Below, piece after piece: positions 27,184 through 36,185 of a stretch of 64,000 bases of DNA; positions within the stretch are counted from its first letter, which is position 1; every line of letters begins with the position of its first letter. A program made the position numbers and the translations under genes. Below the pieces are notes generated by a model that saw only the letters and a program-made list of their open reading frames with translations, was not told the origin of the DNA and did no database searches. Source of the stretch: Verrucomicrobiia bacterium (GTDB lineage: Bacteria; Verrucomicrobiota; Verrucomicrobiia; Limisphaerales; UBA11358); the NCBI GenBank assembly GCA_035545995.1, contig DASZXH010000044.1:1527-65526 (forward strand), given 5' to 3'.

Positions 27184-27438
27184 ATGCCGCCGCTGAGCCA
27201 GTTCAAACGCTTTGACGTTCGCGATTTGATTCGTCGCGGCATTGAGCCGTTTCCCGAAATCCGCCGGCGCGTGGACGCGCTCAAGCCGGACGAAGGATTG
27301 ATTGTCGTCGCGCCGTTTTTGCCGTCGCCGCTCGTGGAAATTTTGAGCAGCGAGGGATTTTCATCGAAAGTGGAACGCGGCGGCGGCGCGGACTGGCTGG
27401 TTTATTTTTGGCGCGAAACTGATTTGATCTCATCATGA
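27184..27438 (+). CDS. DUF2249-domain protein
   Basis: 'FDVRDLIRRGIEPFPEIRRRVDALKPDEGLIVVAPFLPSPL' parallels domain 1 of the 18886 gene. An ATGA overlap links it to the regulator gene. Confidence 0.7.
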   Translation: MPPLSQFKRFDVRDLIRRGIEPFPEIRRRVDALKPDEGLIVVAPFLPSPLVEILSSEGFSSKVERGGGADWLVYFWRETDLISS

Positions 27439-28151
27439 GCGCTGTCACGGATTACAAAACGATTGCGCTGATCAACACGTTGCGCAGTTGCCAGCTTTTC
27501 ACGGGCCTGCCGCAATCGGATTTGGAAAAAATCGCGGACGTGACGGTTTTGAAATCGCTGGAAAAGGACGATTATCTCTTTCACGAAGGCGATCCGGCGC
27601 ACGGCTTTTATGTCGTTCAACGCGGCGCGGTGAACGTGCATCGCGTCAGTGCCACGGGCAAGGAGCAGGTCATTCACGTTTTTCGCGCGGGCGACTCGTT
27701 TGCGGAGGTCGCGCTGGCTTCCGAACGCGGTTATCCCGCCGATGCGCGCGCCATCGAACCGACGCAGGTTTTGCTCGTGCAAAAGGGCGGCATTTTGGAA
27801 TTGCTCAAGTGCCAGCCGGAACTGGCGCTGCGGATGCTCGGCTCGATGAGCAGCCATTTGCGCGTGCTGGTCGGGCAGCTTGAAGATTTGACGTTGAAGG
27901 ACGTCGAAACACGGCTGGCGAACTGGCTGGTGAAGCGCTGCGCCAATCCGCAAGGCGAAACGCCGGCGAAAATCGAGTTGACCCTGACCAAGCGGATGCT
28001 CGCGGCGGAATTGGGCACGGTAAGCGAAACGTTTTCGCGGACGCTGGCGAAATTCCGCGCGCAAAAACTGATCGCCGTTAAAGGCAAAACCATCACCGTC
28101 CTGTCGCCCGCAAAATTGAGCGCGCTGTTGCGGCGCAATTTGGGGGAATGA
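27435..28151 (+). CDS. Crp/Fnr-family transcriptional regulator, Dnr/NnrR-like (no Fe-S Cys cluster)
   Basis: It has a cNMP-binding-like fold ('LFHEGDPAHGFYVVQRGAV') and a C-terminal HTH 'LAAELGTVSETFSRTLAKF' with the E--SR recognition motif. It lacks the N-terminal Cys cluster of FNR. Confidence 0.85.
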   Translation: MSAVTDYKTIALINTLRSCQLFTGLPQSDLEKIADVTVLKSLEKDDYLFHEGDPAHGFYVVQRGAVNVHRVSATGKEQVIHVFRAGDSFAEVALASERGYPADARAIEPTQVLLVQKGGILELLKCQPELALRMLGSMSSHLRVLVGQLEDLTLKDVETRLANWLVKRCANPQGETPAKIELTLTKRMLAAELGTVSETFSRTLAKFRAQKLIAVKGKTITVLSPAKLSALLRRNLGE

Positions 28152-28159
28152 CAGATGGA

Positions 28160-29176
28160 CTAAAAAAAATTCTGCTGGTTTCTGCCCGCCGGTTTCAATC
28201 CCAATTTTTTGTAGCTTAATTCCGTCGCCACGCGGCCTTGCGGCGTGCGATTGAGAAATCCTTCCATGATCAAATACGGTTCATAAACTTCCTCAATCGT
28301 GTCCGGCTCCTCGCCGACGGCGACGGCGAGGGAATTCACGCCGACCGGCCCGCCGCCGAACTTTGTGATGATAGCTTCAAGAATGCGTTTATCCATTTCG
28401 TCCAAACCGTTTTGGTCAATTTCCAGCATCGCCAGCGCACGGTCGGCAATTTCTGCGGAAATTTTTCCATCATGTTTCACTTGCGCGTAATCGCGCACGC
28501 GGCGGAGCAGATTGTTCACGATGCGTGGCGTGCCGCGGCTGCGTTTGGCGATTTCCAACGCACCGTCCGGTTCGATTTCCACACCAAGCAGATTTGCCGA
28601 GCGCAGGACAATTTTTTGCAAATCCTCGCCGACGTAGTAATCAAGGCGCTCGCGCATTCCAAAACGCGTCAGTAACGGCGCGCTCAACAAACCGCTACGG
28701 GTCGTCGCGCCAATCAAGGTGAAACGTGGCAGATTCAAGCGCACGCTGCGCGCGTTCGGGCCTTGGTCAATGATGATGTCCAATTTGAAATCTTCCATTG
28801 CGGGATATAGATATTCCTCAATGGTTTTTTGCAGGCGATGGATTTCGTCAATGAACAACACGTCGCCTTCTTCGAGATTCGTGAGCAAACCCGCGAGGTC
28901 ACCGGCTTTTTCAATCGTCGGGCCGCTCGTGGATTTCAAATTCGCACCCATTGATTTTGCCAAGATATTTGCCAATGTCGTTTTGCCCAAGCCGGGTGGG
29001 CCGTTCAACAAAATGTGGTCGAGCGGTTCCTTTCTTTTTTTTGCGGCGGCGACGGCGATTTCCAGTCGCTCCTTCACTTTTGGCTGGCCGGTGAATTCGG
29101 AAAAGAGCGACGGGCGCAGCGTTATTTCCAACGCCGCGTCCGGTTTGTTCAAGGTGGCAACCGCGCGTTCGGACAT
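28160..29176 (-). CDS. ruvB: Holliday junction branch-migration helicase RuvB
   Basis: '[19 protein letters not shown]', Walker A '[11 protein letters not shown]' and 'DEIHRL' are present. The start was set at ATG 29176. Confidence 0.95.
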   Translation of the reverse strand: MSERAVATLNKPDAALEITLRPSLFSEFTGQPKVKERLEIAVAAAKKRKEPLDHILLNGPPGLGKTTLANILAKSMGANLKSTSGPTIEKAGDLAGLLTNLEEGDVLFIDEIHRLQKTIEEYLYPAMEDFKLDIIIDQGPNARSVRLNLPRFTLIGATTRSGLLSAPLLTRFGMRERLDYYVGEDLQKIVLRSANLLGVEIEPDGALEIAKRSRGTPRIVNNLLRRVRDYAQVKHDGKISAEIADRALAMLEIDQNGLDEMDKRILEAIITKFGGGPVGVNSLAVAVGEEPDTIEEVYEPYLIMEGFLNRTPQGRVATELSYKKLGLKPAGRNQQNFF

Positions 29177-29315
29177 CGCGTGAAAGATTGCGGAAACCGC
29201 GCGCAGCGGCAAGCTGCGATTCTGTGCGCCGTAGAAAAACACATGAAATAGCGCACTTTTTTCAATAAAAAATGCTGGAAAACCGGTTCGACATCAGGCA
29301 AGCTGCGCGCCCTTT

Positions 29316-31787
29316 ATGGGACGAAAGAAATCACTTATCTGCGGCGCCATCGCGTTGATTTTATGCTCTTGCGCGGCGAACGCGTTTGCGGGCGACGCGG
29401 ACATCAATTTGCCTTCGTTGCAGGACGCGTCCTTTTTCGGCGGCAGCTTGAGCGGACACGCGATTTTATATTTTGGCCTCGTCGTTTGCGTCATCGGCGC
29501 GCTGTTCGGGCTTTTTCAATACAAGCAAACCCGCGCGCTGCCGGTTCACAAAATGATGGCCGACGTTTCCAATATCATTTGGGAAACATGCAAAACGTAT
29601 CTGTGGCAACAGGGAAAATTCCTGCTCGCGCTGTGGATTCTCATCGCGGTGTGCATGATTTATTATTTCGCCGCGTTGCAGCACAAAACTTTCGCGAGCG
29701 TTTTGATCATTTTGGCGTCTTCGATTCTGGGAATTCTTGGCAGTTACGGCGTCGCGTGGTTTGGCATTCGCATCAACACCACGGCGAATTCACGCGCCGC
29801 GTTCGCCTCACTCAAGGGCAATTCACTCAAAACTCTTTTCATCCCGCTCAAAGCCGGCATGAGCATCGGCCTGCTGCTCGTCTGCGTGGAATTGTTTTGT
29901 ATGATTTGCATTCTCGCGTTTATTCCGCGCGAACTGGCCGGACCCTGTTTCATCGGCTTTGCGATTGGTGAATCCCTCGGCGCGGCGGCATTGCGCATCG
30001 GCGGCGGCATCTTCACGAAAATTGCCGACATCGGCAGCGATTTAATGAAAATCGTTTTCAACCTGCCGGAAGACGACCCGAAAAATCCCGGCGTCATTGC
30101 CGATTGCACCGGCGACAACGCAGGTGATTCCGTCGGCCCGACGGCGGACGGCTTTGAAACTTACGGTGTCACCAGCGTCGCGTTGATTGCCTTTCTCGCG
30201 CTCGCGCTCGTCGCCTCGCCGGTTCTTTGCGGCAAATTGATCGTCTGGCTGTTCGCGATTCAAAGTCTGATGGTGCTCGCGTCGTTGTTTTCTTATTACG
30301 CGAACCGCTTCATGAGCGGAATTCTTTTCGGCGACAAAAAACATTTCAACTGGGAATCGCCGCTGACCAATCTCGTTTGGACGAATTGTATCGTTGCGAT
30401 TGTCGTCGCGTTTGGCGCGAGCAAATTGCTGCTTGGCGATTTGACCGATGTGACCGGCGCGCCACTCGCAAATCTCTGGTGGTCGCTGGCCGGAATCATT
30501 TCCTGCGGCGTGCTGGCCGGCGCGCTCATCATGGAATTCACGAAAATTTTCGTCAGCACCTCATCCAAACACGTGCAGGAAGTCATGCGCTCGTCCGAAC
30601 AAGGCGGCGCGTCGCTGAACATTTTGTCCGGTTTCGTCGCTGGCAATTTTTCCGCGTTCTGGATGGGACTTGTGATTTTGTTCCTGATGTTCATCGCCTA
30701 TTTGTTTTCGCAAAACGGCGATTTGACGCGGCTCATGCCGCCGGAATTCGGCTTCGCCGCGCCGATTTTCGCGTTCGGCCTCGTCGCATTCGGTTTTCTG
30801 GCGATGGCGCCGGTGATTGTCGCCGTGGACAGTTTTGGCCCCGTCACTGACAACGCGCAATCGGTTTATGAATTGAGCCAAATCGAGCACGCGCCAAACA
30901 TCGCGGCGGAAATCGAAAAAGAATTCGGGTTCAAACCCGATTTCGACCACGCGAAATTGGAATTGGAAAAAGGCGACGGCGCGGGCAACACTTTCAAAGC
31001 GACGGCTAAGCCGGTGTTAATCGGCACCGCCGTCGTCGGCGCGACCACAATGATTTTCGGCATCATCATGCTGCTCCAAAACGCTTTCGGCAACGCCGCC
31101 AGCAGCTTGAGTTTGATTGAACCGCAGATTGTTTTCGGCCTGCTCATGGGCGGTTCGGTGATTTACTGGTTCACCGGCGCGAGCACGCAAGCCGTCGTCA
31201 CCGGCGCGTATCGCGCGGTCGTGTTCATCAAGAAAAATCTCAACCTCGAAAAAGCCGCCGCCTCGACCGAAGACAGCAAAAAAGTCGTCGAGATTTGCAC
31301 CATTTACGCGCAACGCGGCCTCATCAACATTTTCGTCGTCGTCTTTGCCTTCGCGCTTGGTCTGCCGTTCTTCAACCAATACTTTTTCATCGGCTATTTG
31401 ATTGGCATCGCGTTCTTCGGATTGTTTCAGGCGATTTTCATGGCCAACGCCGGCGGCGCGTGGGACAACGCCAAGAAAATTGTCGAAGTGGATTTGCGCC
31501 AGCGCGGAACGGAATTGCACGCGGCCACCGTCGTCGGCGACACCGTCGGCGACCCGTTCAAGGACACCAGCTCCGTCGCGATGAATCCAATCATCAAATT
31601 CACGACGCTCTTCGGCTTGCTGGCGACCGAAATCGCCGTGACAATGAAAAAAGCCGACGCCGATTCGCACACGCATTCGCATTTGTCTTACATCATCGGC
31701 GCGATTTGTTTTCTGATCGCGCTCATTTTCGTCTATCGCTCGTTCTACTGTATGAGGATTCCTGACGAAAAAACCGGCGCAAAATAA
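29316..31787 (+). CDS. hppA: membrane-bound proton-translocating pyrophosphatase
   Basis: The motifs are 'ADCTGDNAGDSVGPTADGFETY', 'GGAWDNAKK' and 'VVGDTVGDPFKDTS'. It is a polytopic protein of 823 aa. Confidence 0.9.
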   Translation: MGRKKSLICGAIALILCSCAANAFAGDADINLPSLQDASFFGGSLSGHAILYFGLVVCVIGALFGLFQYKQTRALPVHKMMADVSNIIWETCKTYLWQQGKFLLALWILIAVCMIYYFAALQHKTFASVLIILASSILGILGSYGVAWFGIRINTTANSRAAFASLKGNSLKTLFIPLKAGMSIGLLLVCVELFCMICILAFIPRELAGPCFIGFAIGESLGAAALRIGGGIFTKIADIGSDLMKIVFNLPEDDPKNPGVIADCTGDNAGDSVGPTADGFETYGVTSVALIAFLALALVASPVLCGKLIVWLFAIQSLMVLASLFSYYANRFMSGILFGDKKHFNWESPLTNLVWTNCIVAIVVAFGASKLLLGDLTDVTGAPLANLWWSLAGIISCGVLAGALIMEFTKIFVSTSSKHVQEVMRSSEQGGASLNILSGFVAGNFSAFWMGLVILFLMFIAYLFSQNGDLTRLMPPEFGFAAPIFAFGLVAFGFLAMAPVIVAVDSFGPVTDNAQSVYELSQIEHAPNIAAEIEKEFGFKPDFDHAKLELEKGDGAGNTFKATAKPVLIGTAVVGATTMIFGIIMLLQNAFGNAASSLSLIEPQIVFGLLMGGSVIYWFTGASTQAVVTGAYRAVVFIKKNLNLEKAAASTEDSKKVVEICTIYAQRGLINIFVVVFAFALGLPFFNQYFFIGYLIGIAFFGLFQAIFMANAGGAWDNAKKIVEVDLRQRGTELHAATVVGDTVGDPFKDTSSVAMNPIIKFTTLFGLLATEIAVTMKKADADSHTHSHLSYIIGAICFLIALIFVYRSFYCMRIPDEKTGAK

Positions 31788-31824
31788 AAGCTCGAAATTC
31801 CCGTCTAAATTCACAGACTGAAGC

Positions 31825-33009
31825 ATGGCTGTGCTTCAGCGCTCCATTCAAGTCGGCTGGCAATTGCGCGTCTTTTTCACCGAAGACGTTTTTGCCCCGG
31901 CTAATCTTACTTTGAGCAACGCGCTGTCCGACAACACGGTGCGCAAAGTGCTTGTTGTTTTGGATGAATCATTGGCCAACGCGCAACCTCATCTCGCGCA
32001 ACAGATTGAAAATTATTTCGCCGCGCACGACGACAAACTGCAACTCGTCTGCCCGCCAATTTCAATTGAAGGCGGCGAACGCGTGAAAAATTCCTACGCG
32101 CCCGTCGCCGAAATCCATTCGCATATTGACCGCCATCATATTGACCGTCACTCGTATCTGATTGCCATCGGTGGTGGCGCGATGCTTGATGCCGCCGGAC
32201 TTGCCGCCGCGACCGCGCATCGCGGTGTCCGTCACATCCGCGTTCCGACGACGACGCTCGCGCAGGCCGATTCCGGTGTCGGCGTCAAAAATGGCATCAA
32301 CGCCTTCGGCAAAAAAAATTTCATCGGCACCTTCGCGCCGCCGTTTGCAGTCATTAACGATTTCAACCTGCTCGCCACGCTCGACCCGTGCGACAAACGC
32401 GCCGGTTACGTCGAAGCCGTCAAAGTCGCCTGCATCCGCGACCAAAATTTCTTCGACGAAATCGAACGCGACGCAGACAAATTGATTTCATTTGAGCCTG
32501 CGGCGATGAAAAATCTGATTCGCCGCTGCGCCGAATTGCATTTGAATCACATCGCCACGAGTGGCGACCCGTTTGAAACCGGCTCTGCCCGTCCGCTCGA
32601 TTTCGGTCATTGGGCGGCGCATAAACTGGAGCAACTTTCCGATTTTCAGATTCGCCATGGCGAAGCCGTCGCCATCGGCATCGCGCTCGACGTGATTTAT
32701 TCGCAGAAGATTGATTTGATTGACACCAACTCCGCCGAACGGATTTTCAAGTTATTGGAGCGACTCGGTTTCAATTTGTTCGCCAACGAATTGCTGAATG
32801 TCGCCTGCGACGGAAATCTGCAAATCCTCGGCGGCCTGAATGAATTTCGCGAACATCTCGGCGGCGAATTGACGATTACACTTTTGCGCGAAATCGGAAC
32901 TGGCATTGAAGTCCACGAAATGAATTTGCCAAAAGTTGTCGAAGCGATTCACGAATTGCGCGAGCGCCACGCAAATCGCGCCCAAAACATTCTTCGCGCC
33001 AACGCCTGA
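31825..33009 (+). CDS. sugar-phosphate cyclase superfamily protein (3-dehydroquinate-synthase-like)
   Basis: 'AIGGGAMLDAAGLAAATAHRGVRHIRVPTTTLAQADSGVGVKNGIN' parallels the DHQS 'GGGVIGD...VPTTLLSQVDSSVGGKT' core. Confidence 0.7.
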   Translation: MAVLQRSIQVGWQLRVFFTEDVFAPANLTLSNALSDNTVRKVLVVLDESLANAQPHLAQQIENYFAAHDDKLQLVCPPISIEGGERVKNSYAPVAEIHSHIDRHHIDRHSYLIAIGGGAMLDAAGLAAATAHRGVRHIRVPTTTLAQADSGVGVKNGINAFGKKNFIGTFAPPFAVINDFNLLATLDPCDKRAGYVEAVKVACIRDQNFFDEIERDADKLISFEPAAMKNLIRRCAELHLNHIATSGDPFETGSARPLDFGHWAAHKLEQLSDFQIRHGEAVAIGIALDVIYSQKIDLIDTNSAERIFKLLERLGFNLFANELLNVACDGNLQILGGLNEFREHLGGELTITLLREIGTGIEVHEMNLPKVVEAIHELRERHANRAQNILRANA

Positions 33010-34499
33010 TGAATCGTCTCGCCGTCATCAACGTCGTCGGCCTGACCGAATCGCTCATCGGCGAACACACGCCGCGCATTGCGGCATTTGCGAAACGTGG
33101 TGCGCTCGCAAACATTTCTCCGGCATTCCCCGCCGTCACTTGCACCGCGCAATCCAATTATCTCACCGGAAAAAATCCGTCACAGCACGGCGTTGTCGGC
33201 AACGGCTGGTTCAACCGCGAATTATCCGAAGTTCAATTTTGGAAACAGTCAAACCACATTGTCACCGCACCAAAAATTTGGGACGAACTCCGCAAACAAT
33301 CCGAAATCATCAATCATCAATCATCAATCGCAAATTGCTTCTGGTGGTTCAACATGTATTCGAGCGTGGACTATTCCATCACGCCACGTCCGATGTATCC
33401 CGCCGATGGTCGCAAATTTTTCGACATTTATTCGTGGCCGTATTCCATCCGCACCGAAATCAAAAAAGATTTGGGCGAGTTTCCGTTCTTCGGATTTTGG
33501 GGGCCGGCGGCGGGTGTGAAAACCCCGCAAGGCGCGGCGGATTCCGCGACGCGCTGGATTGCCGAATCCGCGAAATGGATTGAAAATGAATTTTCGCCCA
33601 TGCTGAATCTGATTTACCTGCCGCATTTGGATTACAATTTGCAACGACACGGAACTTATATTTCAAATCTCCTCACCCGGCCCTTGGCCACCCTCTCCTC
33701 GCAAAACGGGGAGTGGGACGGGGTGAGGGGTTCGTCACAAATCAATCCCGCAATAATTCCTGATTTACAAATAATTGATTCCATCGTCGGCGATTTGATT
33801 GATTTTTTCCACAAACGCGATGTGCAAATCACTTTGCTTTCCGAATATGGAATTACGAACGTGGACACACCGATTTTTCTGAATCGCATTTTCCGCGAAC
33901 AAGGTTGGCTGACAATCAAAGACGAACTCGGTTTGGAAATTTTGGACGCGGGTGCGAGCAAAGTTTTTGCCGTCGCCGACCACCAAATCGCGCACGTTTA
34001 CGTGAACGACAAATCACTGGAAAAATCCGTGCGCGATGTTTTGGAGAAAACGTCCGGCGTGGGAAACGTCCTAGGTGAAACGGAGAAAATCACGGCGGGC
34101 ATTGACCATCCGCGCACGGGCGATTTGATTGCCGTCGCCGCCGAAAATGCGTGGTTCACTTATTGCTACTGGCGCGATGAAACGCGCGCGCCGGATTTTG
34201 CGCGCACGGTGGACATCCATCGCAAACCCGGCTACGACCCGGCGGAATTATTTCTCGACCCAAAAATTCCGCTGCCAAAATTGAAAATCGTGTGGCGGCT
34301 GTTGCAAAAAAAATTGGGCTTTCGGATGTTGATGGACGTGATTCCGCTCGACGCCCATTTGGTGAAAGGCTCGCACGGACGAAAACCGGCGGACAAAAAA
34401 GATTGGCCGATTCTAATTTCGCAGACAAATTTGAGCGCAACCAAAATCGAATCCACGGACGTCTATCAATTTTTGCTGCGGCAATTTCAGGCTGATTGA
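33009..34499 (+). CDS. alkaline-phosphatase-superfamily nucleotide pyrophosphatase/phosphodiesterase
   Basis: 'PAFPAVTCTAQSNYLTGKNPSQHGVVGNGWF' carries the catalytic Thr and the metal-site pattern. A TGATG overlap links it to the upstream gene. Confidence 0.75.
   Translation: MNRLAVINVVGLTESLIGEHTPRIAAFAKRGALANISPAFPAVTCTAQSNYLTGKNPSQHGVVGNGWFNRELSEVQFWKQSNHIVTAPKIWDELRKQSEIINHQSSIANCFWWFNMYSSVDYSITPRPMYPADGRKFFDIYSWPYSIRTEIKKDLGEFPFFGFWGPAAGVKTPQGAADSATRWIAESAKWIENEFSPMLNLIYLPHLDYNLQRHGTYISNLLTRPLATLSSQNGEWDGVRGSSQINPAIIPDLQIIDSIVGDLIDFFHKRDVQITLLSEYGITNVDTPIFLNRIFREQGWLTIKDELGLEILDAGASKVFAVADHQIAHVYVNDKSLEKSVRDVLEKTSGVGNVLGETEKITAGIDHPRTGDLIAVAAENAWFTYCYWRDETRAPDFARTVDIHRKPGYDPAELFLDPKIPLPKLKIVWRLLQKKLGFRMLMDVIPLDAHLVKGSHGRKPADKKDWPILISQTNLSATKIESTDVYQFLLRQFQAD
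33670..33737. repeat. REP/MITE-like GC-rich hairpin (CCTCACCCGGCCC ... GGGACGGGGTGAGG) inside the phosphodiesterase CDS
   Basis: Read directly: nested imperfect inverted repeats. It is translated in frame as 'LLTRPLATLSSQNGEWDGVRGS'. Confidence 0.6.
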
Positions 34500-34514
34500 T
34501 TCTGCGCAACAAAA

Positions 34515-34540
34515 AACCGGCTGGATTTCTCCAGCCGGTT
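34515..34540. terminator. bidirectional intrinsic-terminator-like hairpin between convergent genes
   Basis: AACCGGCTGG-atttct-CCAGCCGGTT has a perfect 10-bp stem. An A-run precedes it and 'TTTCACATTT' follows. Confidence 0.6.
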
Positions 34541-34559
34541 TCACATTTACAAAATGACT

Positions 34560-35969
34560 TCAACTAATCTGCCACGGCGCGCGATATTCGCGCGTTAATA
34601 ATTTACTCGCTTCAGCATCGCCGATGATTTTCTCGTGTTTGACGTCCCAATTGATTTTCCGCCCCACGCGCATGGAAATGAGTCCGAGATGGCCGGGAAT
34701 CGCCGAGTGATGTCCGACTTCCACCGGCGTAATCGTCGGCTTACGCGATTTCACACAATCCAAAAAGTTTTGCTGGTGATTATTTGAAACGTAAAGTTTG
34801 ATTTTACGCAATTCTTCCGGCAGCGATTTCCCTTTTTTCCAATCGGGGTTCGACGCGTCAAAACCACCGCGGTCCACCCAAACCCAACCTTCGGTGCCAA
34901 TCCATTTCACGCCGCTGCGAATGTCGGAATAGCCGCCGGCAATTGTCATCGTAATGTTCTTCGGATATTTCAGTTCAATCCGGTATTTGGGCGATGTGTT
35001 CCAGACGGCGTCCGGCGCGGGAAATTCTCCGTGGCCTTCGATTTCCGACGGGCCGGACAAATCAAAGCCCAAACCCCAGTGCGCGATGTCGCAATGATGG
35101 CCGATCCAATCCATCAATTGTCCGCCGCCGGTGTCGTAATTCCAGCGCCAGTTTTTGTGCAGGCGCGCGGTGATGTAAGCCTCCATTTGGGACGGGCCAA
35201 TCCATGTGTTGTAATCCAGTTCCGCCGGTGGTTGTTCGACGAGCGCGTTCCAGGCATCCGAGCCGGGCGTGATTTTCGTGAGGTCAAAGTCATCGGCATT
35301 CTTGTTGAACAATTTCGCCAGTTTTTCCTTCGCATTTTTGCCTTCGCCGGAAAAATCCGCCCAACCGGCGGGCAATCCGACTTCAACGTGCGTGACCTCA
35401 CCGATCAATCCGTTGCGAACGATTTCCGCCGCCTTGTGAAATGGCGCTTGCGAGCGCTGCCACGAACCCATCTGCCAGATAATTTTATTTTTTTCAACCG
35501 CGCGGACGATGGCTTGTTGTTCGGCAATCGTTTTCGCCAGCGGCTTTTCGCCATAAACATCTTTTTTGCGGCGCGCCGCTTCGGTTGCGACCAATTCATG
35601 CCAATGATCCGGCACGGCAATCATTACCGCGTCAATGTCATCGCGCGCCAGCAATTCGCGATAATCGTGGTAGCCCTTGCAATCCTTGTTACCGTAATGG
35701 TCGTTGACCATGTCGAGTGCGCTTTGCAGATGGTTCGCGTCAATGTCACACGCGGCGATGACCTGGCAATCATTCAATGCCAGAAATGCCTGCGTGTTGC
35801 CCGGCCCCTGCCAGCCCATGCCGATGACACCGAGATTGATGCGATTGGATGGACGCGGACGGCTTTGACCGGTGGCGCAACCCGGCAAAATCAAAGGCAA
35901 AACCATGGCCGCGCCGGTCGTGGCGATGAAATGACGACGATCCATTTTTTGAACAGAATTCTTTTTCAT
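34560..35969 (-). CDS. TAT-exported Gfo/Idh/MocA-family oxidoreductase
   Basis: It has the twin-arginine signal 'MDRRHFIATTGAAMV', a Rossmann motif 'INLGVIGMGWQG' and 'EKPLA'. The start was set at ATG 35969. Confidence 0.85.
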   Translation of the reverse strand: MKKNSVQKMDRRHFIATTGAAMVLPLILPGCATGQSRPRPSNRINLGVIGMGWQGPGNTQAFLALNDCQVIAACDIDANHLQSALDMVNDHYGNKDCKGYHDYRELLARDDIDAVMIAVPDHWHELVATEAARRKKDVYGEKPLAKTIAEQQAIVRAVEKNKIIWQMGSWQRSQAPFHKAAEIVRNGLIGEVTHVEVGLPAGWADFSGEGKNAKEKLAKLFNKNADDFDLTKITPGSDAWNALVEQPPAELDYNTWIGPSQMEAYITARLHKNWRWNYDTGGGQLMDWIGHHCDIAHWGLGFDLSGPSEIEGHGEFPAPDAVWNTSPKYRIELKYPKNITMTIAGGYSDIRSGVKWIGTEGWVWVDRGGFDASNPDWKKGKSLPEELRKIKLYVSNNHQQNFLDCVKSRKPTITPVEVGHHSAIPGHLGLISMRVGRKINWDVKHEKIIGDAEASKLLTREYRAPWQIS

Positions 35970-36185
35970 GACTGAATCAATTGATTGGTGAAACCTTAAT
36001 ATCCAAATAGCAGAGCCGAAAGCCAATCCGAAAGTTACGGAAACTTCATCCTCGTTTTCGGGGATGCGGAAACGTGCCAAATGTGCCAACGCGTGCGAAA
36101 AACTAATCATTGAAGGCCGGACTTTCCCGGGTCCAAGTTAAAAAACTTTGTCGGATTTCGCTGCCGACGGTTGTTTAATAAGTGA

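Noticed and set aside
31818-31839. 8-bp-stem hairpin CTGAAGCA-tggctg-TGCTTCAG spanning the start codon of the DHQS-like gene, as a translational control element or hppA terminator.
   Set aside because: The stem is short, there is no T-tract and I cannot assess conservation. It is noted only.
33308-33331. Heptanucleotide tandem repeat (ATCATCA x ~3.4) inside the phosphodiesterase CDS, as a phase-variation switch.
   Set aside because: It has only about three units, well below the lengths usually associated with slipped-strand switching. The reading frame is intact.
36120-36185. ECF-type promoter (AAC-N16/17-CGT) upstream of the sigma-fusion gene.
   Set aside because: 'AAACTTTgtcggatttcgctgcCGAC' is only a loose resemblance, with no second copy for comparison.
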